From: a virus | Length of the DNA stretch: 45,108 nucleotides | UHGV virus genome: UHGV-0324336 | Strand: one strand, 5' to 3' | Part shown: piece by piece, positions 9,464-17,981 of the stretch | Layout of the letters: each line of letters opens with the position of its first letter | Position numbering within the stretch: position 1 is the stretch's first letter | Translations under genes and position numbers: made by a program | The notes under the pieces: generated by a model | The model's input: only the letters and a program-made list of their open reading frames with translations | Databases searched by the model: none | Told to the model about the DNA's origin: nothing

Positions 9464-10843
9464 ATGTGGAAAGATAAGTATATTTGTCATAAATGCGTGA
9501 ACGATAAATATGTCATGCAGCATATAATAAAAACCGGAAATAATGTTCGGATTTGCTCTTACTGCAAAAGGAAGCGTAAAAACATCCACCTCAAATATAT
9601 TCTCAAGATGATGAATGAGGTTTTTGAGTACTACTATGATATGTATGAGGATATCTATGATTCCGGGCGCGGTGATAGCGCGCAGGATGTCATCTGCGGA
9701 GAACTGGGCGTCGAATGGGACGTAGCTGAAGATATTTATGAATTTCTTTGTGATGAATATAATCCGCATAACGATTATGACTACATCCGGTATAATGATG
9801 GGTTTGTTTATCGGCACATAAATCACTATAGCGGAGAGCTTGCGCATACCTGGAGTAAAGCCACTGACTCCCTTATGAAAGAAACACGATATTTTAACCG
9901 TGAAGTTAATGATTTCCTGGATTCACTTTTCAGTGATATCGATAAACTAAAAAACAGAGACAGTAATTCACCGATAAAAACTCTGACTGATGAGGTTCAT
10001 CTTTTTCGTGCAAGGGTCTTTGAGGACCAAGAGGAAGTAAAGCAAGCCTTGGAGCAGCCCGAGAAAAATTTTGGACCTCCCCCATCAACTTTGGCTCGGT
10101 CGGGCCGTATGAACGCACAGGGGATTTCAGTATTTTACGGTGCAACCTCAGTGAATTTGGCAATTGCTGAAGTAAGGCCGCCCGTCGGCAGTATTGTAGT
10201 AACGGCCTGTTTTGTACCGTTACGCGAGCTAAAAGTGCTGGACATTTCTGCCCTTGACTCGATTAGTTTCGGCTCAGGTAGTAAATTTGATCCTCAGACT
10301 CGCAAAACCAGTGAGCGCGCGATTTTTTTCAGTACGCTTTCCCGTAAGTTGACGCTTCCTACTTTTGGAAAAAGGCAGGACAGTGATTACCTCATCACCC
10401 AAGTGGTTGCCGATTACCTAGGTGACCGAAATAAATTTAAGCTTGATGGTGTCAGCTTTAAATCTACCCAGGTAGATGCCAACGGTGAGGATGCTGAGAT
10501 AGGATATAATGTCGTTCTGTTTAATAAGTCTTCCGGCGTCAGGCATGCCGCAGATAAATCTCGCCGATATAATGTTGAGATGTATGAACACATCGAAGAT
10601 GACCAGTATGCTTTTGTTCCGGAAATTCAGTTAATAGTTGAGGAACAAATAAAACCGAGACATATGGGTTCATTTTCATCCTCGCATGACAAAAATGATG
10701 CACTACTGTTGAAAACCAACAGTATGACTTATCATAAAATTACTGGTGTAAAATACCAAACAAGTGAGACGGAGATTCATCAGGGAGATAGTGTTCGAAA
10801 ACAAGAGCCACCTCAGAAATTCGATGACCTGATGGACTTCTGA
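9464..10843 (+). CDS. RES-domain protein (putative NAD+-targeting effector) with N-terminal CxxC…CxxC zinc-ribbon domain
   Basis: Candidate RES triad R215 (GRMN), E236 (LAIAEV), S331 (DGVSFKS) with intervening YG; N-terminal C8-x2-C11…C31-x2-C34; AT-rich codon usage. Confidence 0.65.
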   Translation: MWKDKYICHKCVNDKYVMQHIIKTGNNVRICSYCKRKRKNIHLKYILKMMNEVFEYYYDMYEDIYDSGRGDSAQDVICGELGVEWDVAEDIYEFLCDEYNPHNDYDYIRYNDGFVYRHINHYSGELAHTWSKATDSLMKETRYFNREVNDFLDSLFSDIDKLKNRDSNSPIKTLTDEVHLFRARVFEDQEEVKQALEQPEKNFGPPPSTLARSGRMNAQGISVFYGATSVNLAIAEVRPPVGSIVVTACFVPLRELKVLDISALDSISFGSGSKFDPQTRKTSERAIFFSTLSRKLTLPTFGKRQDSDYLITQVVADYLGDRNKFKLDGVSFKSTQVDANGEDAEIGYNVVLFNKSSGVRHAADKSRRYNVEMYEHIEDDQYAFVPEIQLIVEEQIKPRHMGSFSSSHDKNDALLLKTNSMTYHKITGVKYQTSETEIHQGDSVRKQEPPQKFDDLMDF

Positions 10844-11257
10844 TCATCCGTTATATCAGGGTAAACTATTATTAAAGATGATGTGAGGGCAGTTAAGGAA
10901 GGAATTCACCCTGTATCGCCTGTATCGCGTTACTGGCGTCCCTTGATACCAAGCGGGCAGATTGGTGAACAGGCACGTCTGTTTGAGCGAGGAGCTGGCT
11001 TTGTAGAATGCCTCAAGGGATAAAAACACCTTATTTACGCAACTTACTGCGAAAGGACCATGGCTTTGCTGGCTTCGGATACGTTGCTGAGTTCCTCAGC
11101 CACCTTAAGTAACCGGCGTTGTGTTTGATGATAGGATTGTTAGTATGGAATATGAGAATTACCTCTTGTATTGTATAACACTTCGGCCCCATATCAATAC
11201 CAGTAACTCTTAATCTTTCAAAGCCATGTGTCAGATCAAGTCACGACTAATGCAAAT

Positions 11258-11288
11258 AATAGACAGATATCATTCTAATCTGTCTATT
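11258..11288 (-). terminator. perfect 11-bp inverted repeat hairpin between convergent genes
   Basis: AATAGACAGAT-(9 nt)-ATCTGTCTATT, 17 nt 3' of the HExxH gene stop; AT-rich, no clean U-tract. Confidence 0.35.
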
Positions 11289-11304
11289 ATTATGTCAAAA
11301 TTAT

Positions 11305-12228
11305 TTAGTGTAATTCCGAAAGGAGCCTAGTAACAAACTCTTTATATGTTGTAGCTTTATAATCAAGCTTACGGTTTTCCTGTCTCATCACCGCGATGAG
11401 AAGACAAGCTGTAAAACACCAGAAGGGCGATGAATCTGAAAGGTTGTACCCCCCTATCATTGTTTGAATCCTTACTGCTATAGATGGATACTCTTCACCA
11501 CCCCATTTATCGATATCTGATGTTAAAGCGTGTATAGTAAAGGCGGCAAGTGTTATCCCCATTGCTCGTTTTTGCATGACCTCTTCATAGGTATGCCCAG
11601 CTTTTTTAGCATAGACTCCGACGCCCTTAGTTATATATTCACGAGCCCAAGAGTCACAGGCTAACTCTTCTTCATCCTTCTCTTGGGGATTTTCATGTTT
11701 TTTTTCTTCGGCTCGTGCTTGAACATGTTTATACTCATGAAGTATAGAAAAAGACAATGCTAATGCTACTAGATCAAAAACAGCCTGTTCTTGAATATTA
11801 TTCAAACTATCTCGCGCATCTGTTGGAAAAGGAATATCTTGAGGCCATGTAATATCAGCCGTATTCGCAACGCTTAGCAAAGACTTTGAAATATACAAAT
11901 GCTGTTTATAATTTAGTTCAAATTGGCCACGTTCTTCATCAGATTCTAAAGCCGACTCTAACGTCACACCTAGTAAGCATGCTTTTACTAGGGCTGGAGC
12001 ATATGTCTCAATCGTAAACCATGTACTAAACCCAAATAACCAAAAGAAATCGATAGTTTTAGAGTCAAACTCGATGCGCCTACTAGTTGCATTCATTGTT
12101 GATCCTAGGGCATCCTCTGCAAGTTCGACCGTGTGTTTATAGCTCTTCCAGGTCTGACAAAGTTCATCAGCATTCTCAGGAACAGCCCCTCTTAGGAGGT
12201 TTAAAACTATAGTATCTAGTGATGGCAT
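11305..12228 (-). CDS. putative zinc metallopeptidase (HExxH), possibly Lit-like phage-exclusion protease
   Basis: Single HEYKH motif at residues 164-168 of 307 aa; size and motif position close to e14 Lit (297 aa, HExxH ~160-164, recalled); AT-rich. Confidence 0.5.
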   Translation of the reverse strand: MPSLDTIVLNLLRGAVPENADELCQTWKSYKHTVELAEDALGSTMNATSRRIEFDSKTIDFFWLFGFSTWFTIETYAPALVKACLLGVTLESALESDEERGQFELNYKQHLYISKSLLSVANTADITWPQDIPFPTDARDSLNNIQEQAVFDLVALALSFSILHEYKHVQARAEEKKHENPQEKDEEELACDSWAREYITKGVGVYAKKAGHTYEEVMQKRAMGITLAAFTIHALTSDIDKWGGEEYPSIAVRIQTMIGGYNLSDSSPFWCFTACLLIAVMRQENRKLDYKATTYKEFVTRLLSELH

Positions 12229-12605
12229 AAAACTGACTCCTTATTCTACTTGTTATAAAACAACGATGTTATGTTAATCACCTATTTTAGATGTTCATAG
12301 AATTCTTAAGACATCAATCATAGCAAAATAAAAAGCATATAGTGCTATATTAAACCACTAGCAAAAATGAATATAAAATGTGGTTTTGTCCGTTCCAGCC
12401 ACAAGCGATCAAGGGAGAGGAATGAGGTTTTCAATGAGCGTATAGTAAGCATTTTCATTACAACTTAGAAGCATCGAGTAAATATCATTACTAATCCAAT
12501 ATGACTATGATGAACTAAGCTTCAGATTTATAATTATCATCATAACTAGAAGCTAGGTTGCTGAAAAGGAAGTCAATAGCATCCCTTAACTTAAAACCTA
12601 TGATT

Positions 12606-13139
12606 CTATATTCCTTTTTTATAATCTCTAGACAAAAAATCAAACAGGACTTTACGTTTGTAAAGTAACGTAACCCTTACATTTTCAAGATCTGACTCCT
12701 TAATATCAGGTTTGCCATCATAATAATTTCTCCGCATTGCTTTTAAATAATCACCGTAGTCTCTTAAAGCAACTGATGTGTCAGTTAAACCTAAAAGCAA
12801 AAGCTTCGACTCTGCAACTGTCAAGCTTTTAAAATTGTCAAATAAATCTAATTTTGTTTTATTTAACTCCTCTTGCCTTTCTCTGGTAAGATCCAATCCC
12901 TTTTGTTCCTTATTTCTAACCCATTCAATTATCAAAGCCCAATAGCGTAAGGATATATGTGTCATATCCTCAATTTGAGTGCTTACAGATTCTAATGAAT
13001 CATAATAGCGACGACTTTTATCTTTATCAAATTCATGTTTGTGATTCATTTTTGAAATAATAAATGTACCTGTCAGCGTTATTATACCACCAAATCCAAT
13101 CTTCACAGCCGTATCAACAACTTCCACCCAGGTTGTCAT
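12606..13139 (-). CDS. hypothetical membrane-anchored protein (177 aa)
   Basis: N-terminal TM helix (VKIGFGGIITLTGTFIIS) then charged helical domain; AT-rich island gene with own upstream gap. Confidence 0.55.
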   Translation of the reverse strand: MTTWVEVVDTAVKIGFGGIITLTGTFIISKMNHKHEFDKDKSRRYYDSLESVSTQIEDMTHISLRYWALIIEWVRNKEQKGLDLTRERQEELNKTKLDLFDNFKSLTVAESKLLLLGLTDTSVALRDYGDYLKAMRRNYYDGKPDIKESDLENVRVTLLYKRKVLFDFLSRDYKKGI

Positions 13140-13424
13140 CCAAAACTACCTCTTGATGTTATTAAACACTCTACTAAACCAATGCATTGGAAACTAATTA
13201 TTTCTTACGCAAATACATATTCTAATATTATGTCTTCTACTAGAACCAAAATCAATCATTAGTGAAAGTGAAATAAAAGCGACATGGGCATAATGCTGCT
13301 GAGTATTGATCAGCAATTAGTTATGGATGAACGTCCTCTCTTGGCACAAAGCGGACAACCACGCTAGCTCTACCCTGTGCCACAAAATGTCAATTTGCAT
13401 CTGAACTAATGCACTTTAATCTCG

Positions 13425-13847
13425 TCACTTCAATAAATACCGAACATCCCCCTGATAAAACGACAATATGCGCTGCATAACTTCACTCTTCCGGCACTCG
13501 CGACAGATTATGTTCTGACGCCTGTCGTAGCGACGTATTTCTCCGTCAGGTAATGACCAGATAAGGTCCGGATCAACCGCAGATGGTTTCTTCAGCTTTG
13601 CCCTTGAGAGCTTTTTACGGGCATTTTGCCAGTCCTTACGCGCCTGTTCAGACGGGAATAACCCGTAACCAGAGTTGTATACATCGCCGCTGGCAACCAG
13701 CTCTCTTGCGAGAACGCTCATCAGATATCTTGTCGCACCTGTTTTGACTTCCAGTTGCCGTAACGTCTCACGCCCACTCTGGCGTACGAGTTCAACAACC
13801 TGCCCTTTAATTTTTTCTCGCTCTTCTTGTGTAAAAACTTTTGCCAC
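13425..13847 (-). CDS. hypothetical protein (140 aa) downstream of replication initiator
   Basis: ORF track; possible winged-helix segment; occupies the position of a helicase loader but has no Walker motifs. Confidence 0.45.
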   Translation of the reverse strand: MAKVFTQEEREKIKGQVVELVRQSGRETLRQLEVKTGATRYLMSVLARELVASGDVYNSGYGLFPSEQARKDWQNARKKLSRAKLKKPSAVDPDLIWSLPDGEIRRYDRRQNIICRECRKSEVMQRILSFYQGDVRYLLK

Positions 13848-13887
13848 AAGTCCTCCTGAAAATTACCTCATGACCAGAAATCAACAC

Positions 13888-14964
13888 TTACCCCCTGAAG
13901 CCCGGTGGAATTTCGGTATCCGGTTCAGAAATATGATTCACACAACGCTGGTTGTTCGTGCCGCTTACCGGGAGCAGCCAGGGGTTTTCAAAATTCCGGT
14001 CCGGTCCAAAAAACGTCGTTGCTCGCTGAACAAATTCCGTTCCCGTTTTCCCGGTAGCCGCAAGGTATCTTGCGTAACGCCTCACGCCATCCAGCATGGC
14101 CTCTGGTGACACCCCCTCGCGTAATCTGGCCTTCCAAGCACTGAAAGCGGATTTCTTCGGGTTTGCCCCAGCACGCAACGGGTATTCCCGCCAGACCTGT
14201 TCGAACACATCCGGATAATCCACTCGTCCCACAGGCTGCCCGGTGTTTTCCGGGACTACCCGATCGGCTTCCCGCTGAATGGCGGAATCGGCTTCAGGCT
14301 GCTGCAGTTGGTGTGATTGCTCCGGCCTTGCGGTCATCACCTGCTGCACAGCGCCCGAATCGGCTTTCAGCGCATACGCTGAATCGGCTTCCGGTGTCGT
14401 GCCTGCTGGCTGACCAAGATTGACGGTCTGAACATCCCCTGCCTGGTTCGTGGCGTTTTTTACGCCATGGACCATAGTGTTTTGATCTTCTTGATCTGTA
14501 TCTTTATCTGTATCTTTATCTGTCGTGACTCGTCGTGACATGTGCGTGACATTTCGTGACGCACCGTGACAATCGCCATTTTGTTCCCGCTTTCTTTCCC
14601 TCTCTCGCTGCGCCCTCTTGCGCTCTGCAGGAGATTTTGCGGTTTGCGAAATATTGCCGTTGTCCTCTTTAAGAACCTGGCGTTTTTCCCATCCAGTGAT
14701 TAAATCACCATCAAGTACCCGCCCCTGCATCGTCTGCAAAATTGAATCAATTACCTCTTCTGTCACGTCGAGCGCACTTGCCAAATCTTCTGTCGTGACA
14801 TCAATGTGACCTCGCGTGACATTTCGTGACGCGCTCACCAGGAGGTGGATATACACTGCCATCACTGTTGCAATTGGCTGCCCTGACACCCTAGCAATTG
14901 TTCGCCACTTAGGGTCATTTGGCATGTCATGCCATAATCTGAGCCAAGCGTTAGCCATACTCAC
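13888..14964 (-). CDS. replication initiator / replisome organiser (lambda O-like role)
   Basis: Position after cro/YdaT module; N-terminal HTH-like region; two iteron clusters inside the ORF as in lambdoid ori-within-O. Confidence 0.65.
   Translation of the reverse strand: MSMANAWLRLWHDMPNDPKWRTIARVSGQPIATVMAVYIHLLVSASRNVTRGHIDVTTEDLASALDVTEEVIDSILQTMQGRVLDGDLITGWEKRQVLKEDNGNISQTAKSPAERKRAQRERERKREQNGDCHGASRNVTHMSRRVTTDKDTDKDTDQEDQNTMVHGVKNATNQAGDVQTVNLGQPAGTTPEADSAYALKADSGAVQQVMTARPEQSHQLQQPEADSAIQREADRVVPENTGQPVGRVDYPDVFEQVWREYPLRAGANPKKSAFSAWKARLREGVSPEAMLDGVRRYARYLAATGKTGTEFVQRATTFFGPDRNFENPWLLPVSGTNNQRCVNHISEPDTEIPPGFRG
14524..14570. repeat. iteron cluster 1 (5 x CGTGAC at 10-11 bp spacing), candidate ori
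   Basis: CGTGAC at 14524, 14534, 14545, 14555, 14565; preceded by TATCTTTATCTG tandem repeat (14491-14523). Confidence 0.6.
14794..14830. repeat. iteron cluster 2 (4 x (C/T)GTGAC at ~10 bp spacing)
   Basis: CGTGAC at 14794, TGTGAC 14805, CGTGAC 14815, CGTGAC 14825. Confidence 0.5.
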
Positions 14965-15029
14965 CTCTTCTGATACCGAATCTTTTTACTCACGAGTTGC
15001 CGGAAGCGATTCGATATGGCTATTGTCAG

Positions 15030-15455
15030 TCAATGTACTGCCACAGCATTTCCTGCCGGGCCACCACGGTTCATCTGATTGAAACCGGCGATTGCCACTG
15101 CGACAAAATCATCAGCGTCTCTCACCAATCGCTCCCGCGTCTCCACCAGCTCCCGAAAATAAGCTGAACTGTGGCTGCGCATTCTGGCCACCAGCAAAGG
15201 TGGCATTGCCTTTTCGATCGCTGGTAACAACGCCTGAATTTTTTCAACTGCATCAGGGGTGTCTTTCTCTACCCAGCGGAAAATTTTCTGGGTATTGCGA
15301 GCCAGGGCTTCCGGATGGCTGTCGTCATACAGTTCAGGAAACGTCATACCCAACTCAAAATAAGCCTGGGTTATTCCAGCTGCTGGAACTTTTTCGCCAT
15401 CAGGACGCGCCCAGGCATTCATCGCCATGCGGATGTGTTCATGCTTGATTTTCAT
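15030..15455 (-). CDS. YdaT-family protein (Rac YdaT-like; proposed CII-like regulator/toxin)
   Basis: 141 aa, starts MKIKHEHIRMAMNAWA…; ATGA-coupled to the cro-like gene as ydaS-ydaT are in Rac (recalled). Confidence 0.55.
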   Translation of the reverse strand: MKIKHEHIRMAMNAWARPDGEKVPAAGITQAYFELGMTFPELYDDSHPEALARNTQKIFRWVEKDTPDAVEKIQALLPAIEKAMPPLLVARMRSHSSAYFRELVETRERLVRDADDFVAVAIAGFNQMNRGGPAGNAVAVH

Positions 15456-15682
15456 GAATCCCCCCCTTGGTTAGAAGGCGGATTATGATCAGAACCGGGA
15501 ATGACAACCGTCGGTATGTGTAACTCATATTTGAGCGCCCCGGCAGTGACTGCCTGAATTAGCAACGCCCATTTCCACGGAACCTCTTCCCCCCACATGC
15601 TGACTGTGGTTTTTGACGTTCCTAGAGCTGCGGCTGTTTTAACAACTCCGCCAAAATAGCCTAATACTTCTGATTTTTTCAT
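15452..15682 (-). CDS. Cro/YdaS-like HTH regulator (76 aa)
   Basis: MKKSEVLGYFGGVVKTAAALGTSKTTVSMW… HTH; GGAG 6 nt upstream of ATG at 15682; divergent from cI. Confidence 0.7.
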   Translation of the reverse strand: MKKSEVLGYFGGVVKTAAALGTSKTTVSMWGEEVPWKWALLIQAVTAGALKYELHIPTVVIPGSDHNPPSNQGGDS

Positions 15683-15710
15683 AAGTCGCTCCATAAAACT
15701 GAACGCCAAA

Positions 15711-15773
15711 ATTTTAATAATCAAAACCAAAGAAAGTCAAGAAACAAAACCATCTGTGTTTTAAAATCAAAAC
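15711..15773. promoter_or_regulatory. OR-like operator region between cro and cI
   Basis: ATTTTAATAATCAAAAC (15711-15727) and GTTTTAAAATCAAAAC (15758-15773, abutting cI ATG): inverted half-sites GTTTT/AAAAC. Confidence 0.45.
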
Positions 15774-16400
15774 ATGAGCAAGCAAACAATATCTGAACGC
15801 ATAACCCAACGTATGCATGCGCTAAACCTGAAAGGCAAAGACCTTGTCAATGCCACTGGCGCATCAAAAGGCTCCGTAAGTCAATGGATGAACGGTGGAG
15901 GAGCGCCGTCCTCGCGTTACATAAGTTCACTGGCAAAGATATTGAAAGTAAACGAAAATTGGCTTCTTAATGGAGGAGAGTTAAATACAGGTGATTCGCT
16001 TGATCTATCTTTACCGCCGATAAAAACGGTTCCGCTACTATCAGCAAGCTGGAGTGATTATATGAAAAATTCCTCAATAACCTCTTGTGTGCAGCTTGTC
16101 GGAGAAATCCCGGCCAATACCTTTGCAGTTGTTCTAGAGAGTGACAGTATGTCAACATCTGGTGGGGGAGTTTCCATCCCAAATGGTTCAACAGTTTTTG
16201 TTGATCCCGATCGAACCGTACAACCAGGAAATATTGTCCTTGCCTTACCCAAAGGGACCACAACACCTGTCATTCGTAAACTGGAGATAGAAGGGCCGGA
16301 TATTCTTTTAGTCCCCACGAATCCTCGCTACCCTTCAATTATGCTGGATGATCTATCTTGCATATTGGGCGTATGCTTTAAAATTCAACAAGATATTTAA
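15774..16400 (+). CDS. CI-like prophage repressor (HTH_XRE + S24 LexA-type autopeptidase)
   Basis: N-terminal HTH (ATGASKGSVSQWMNG); C-terminal S24 signature with Ser in ESDSMS and Lys in VIRKL. Confidence 0.85.
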   Translation: MSKQTISERITQRMHALNLKGKDLVNATGASKGSVSQWMNGGGAPSSRYISSLAKILKVNENWLLNGGELNTGDSLDLSLPPIKTVPLLSASWSDYMKNSSITSCVQLVGEIPANTFAVVLESDSMSTSGGGVSIPNGSTVFVDPDRTVQPGNIVLALPKGTTTPVIRKLEIEGPDILLVPTNPRYPSIMLDDLSCILGVCFKIQQDI

Positions 16401-16466
16401 CCAACCTCATCTATTTGATTAACTGTATGCCATCGTGGTGATGGCTTAACAGCTGCCTGCTTAAAA

Positions 16467-16512
16467 TGTTTTGATAAAAAACATTGACCTGAAAAGTTCA
16501 TTTTTCTAAGCT
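16467..16512 (+). promoter_or_regulatory. OL/pL-like operator-promoter for the ydfA-dicB early operon
   Basis: Palindrome ATGTTTTgataaAAAACAT (16467-16485) resembling the OR sites, overlapping -35 TTGACC (16484-16489), 17-nt spacer, -10 TAAGCT (16507-16512). Confidence 0.4.
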
Positions 16513-16691
16513 TCATTCATTCCCTCACCCCACCCCACAGAATGCAGGGCAATACTTCGAGTTACCAGGCAGTGGTCAGGGGTTAAGTAGCCAGCCCGAG
16601 GCGTAAGAACATGACGGCAGGGTTCAACTTTAATAACTATGCAGCAGGTTTTTGTTCCGCTACCCCGGCGTTAAGGGGAAATGAGGTCAAC

Positions 16692-16847
16692 ATGGATACT
16701 ATCGATCTTGGCAACAACGAATCTCTGGTGTACGGCGTGTTTCCCAACCAGGACGGCACATTCACCGCGATGACGTATACCAAAAGCAAAACGTTTAAAA
16801 CCGAAAATGGTGCCCGTCGCTGGCTGGAAAGAAACTCAGGTGAGTGA
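16692..16847 (+). CDS. ydfA: YdfA-like small protein (51 aa)
   Basis: MDTIDLGNNESLVYGVFPNQDGTFTAMTYTK…; GAGG 5 nt upstream; first gene of dicB-type operon by synteny. Confidence 0.6.
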   Translation: MDTIDLGNNESLVYGVFPNQDGTFTAMTYTKSKTFKTENGARRWLERNSGE

Positions 16848-16848
16848 T

Positions 16849-16977
16849 ATGGATTTCGACACAATCATGAAAAAGGCTTACGAAGAATACTTCGAAGGCC
16901 TTGCCGAAGGCGAAGAAGCTCTCAGCTTCAGTGAGTTTAAACAGGCGCTTTCCAGCTCGGCAAAATCTAACGGCTGA
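16849..16977 (+). CDS. ydfB: YdfB-like small protein (42 aa)
   Basis: Translated by hand (below ORF-track cutoff): MDFDTIMKKAYEEYFEGLAEGEEALSFSEFKQALSSSAKSNG; size and position as ydfB. Confidence 0.5.
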   Translation: MDFDTIMKKAYEEYFEGLAEGEEALSFSEFKQALSSSAKSNG

Positions 16978-17006
16978 TAAGCGAAGCAGCACCGCGAGGA
17001 ATCAGT

Positions 17007-17225
17007 ATGCAGAAACGAGAACCCGTCATCATCGCGCCAGACTATACCGATGATGAACTTTATGAGTGGATGCGCCAGAAAATTAATGCAGCGCAGGATC
17101 TGAAATGGGCCAATGAAGCCAGGGCTAAGCAGGCTGAAAATCTGTCCGCTCTGGAGCAGGATATCACCAGGCTGGAAAAAGCAGCGGCATTAAGCATTGC
17201 CAGAATGATTACATACCCGCGTTAA
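17007..17225 (+). CDS. ydfC: YdfC-like protein (72 aa)
   Basis: ORF track; AGGA 6 nt upstream; 72 aa as K-12 YdfC; synteny ydfA-ydfB-ydfC-dicF-dicB. Confidence 0.55.
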   Translation: MQKREPVIIAPDYTDDELYEWMRQKINAAQDLKWANEARAKQAENLSALEQDITRLEKAAALSIARMITYPR

Positions 17226-17565
17226 TAGCTAACCAACGAAGCTAAGGTTGGTAATTAAGGAGTTCTCCACGGGTGAGGTGGAGTGCGTGCGCCGGACACG
17301 GGTGAGCATCCGGCACTGACAGTTTACTGAAAGGATATTTCCCTGAAAAGTCAGACCATAACGCGAAAGCGCACGGCGAGGTAGCTGGTTCATAGATAGC
17401 CTGTCGTTAAATTATCGTCGACCGTGCGCTTCCGGTTGTGGCACTCCGCGAAATGGCGCGGCGGTAAGTATGGCGGGGTTATTCCTTCACCGTTGAGGAC
17501 ACCGGGTTGTCAGGTTGACCATACGCTTAAGTGACAACCCCGCTGCAACGCCCTCTGTTATCAAT

Positions 17566-17623
17566 TTTCTGGTGACGTTTGGCGGTATCAGTTTTACTCC
17601 GTGACTGCTCTGCCGCCATTTTT
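17566..17623 (+). ncRNA. dicF: DicF small regulatory RNA (ftsZ-targeting)
   Basis: TTTCTGGTGACGTTTGGCGGTATCAGTTTTACTCCGTGACTGCTCTGCCGCC + T-run matches recalled 53-nt DicF; located between ydfC and dicB as in Qin. Confidence 0.75.
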
Positions 17624-17792
17624 AAAGTGAATTTTGTGATGCGGTGAATGCGGCTAAGCGCACGCGGAACAGTTAAAACCAAAAACAGTGTTATGGGTGG
17701 ATTCTCTGTATCCGGCGTTAATTGTTAACTGGTTAACGTCACCTGGAGGCACCAGGCACCGCATCACAAAACTCATTGTTGAGGGCGCGATA

Positions 17793-17981
17793 ATGAAAAC
17801 GTTATTACCAAACGTTAATACGTCTGAAGGTTGTTTTGAAATTGGTGTCACTATCAGTAATCCTGTATTTACTGAAGATGCCATTAACAAAAGAAAACAC
17901 GAACGGGAGTTATTAAATAAAGTATGCATTGTTTCAGTGCTGGCCCGTTTACGTCTGATGCCAAAAGGATGTGCACAATGA
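17793..17981 (+). CDS. dicB: DicB cell-division inhibitor (62 aa)
   Basis: MKTLLPNVNTSEGCFEIGVTISNPVFTEDAINKRKHERELLNKVCIVSVLARLRLMPKGCAQ; 62 aa, downstream of DicF. Confidence 0.8.
   Translation: MKTLLPNVNTSEGCFEIGVTISNPVFTEDAINKRKHERELLNKVCIVSVLARLRLMPKGCAQ

Noticed and set aside
14487-14830. Possible CRISPR array suggested by short regularly spaced repeats
   Set aside because: Repeats are 6-bp iterons at 10-11 bp phasing inside a coding gene, not 28-37 bp repeats with unique spacers; no cas genes.
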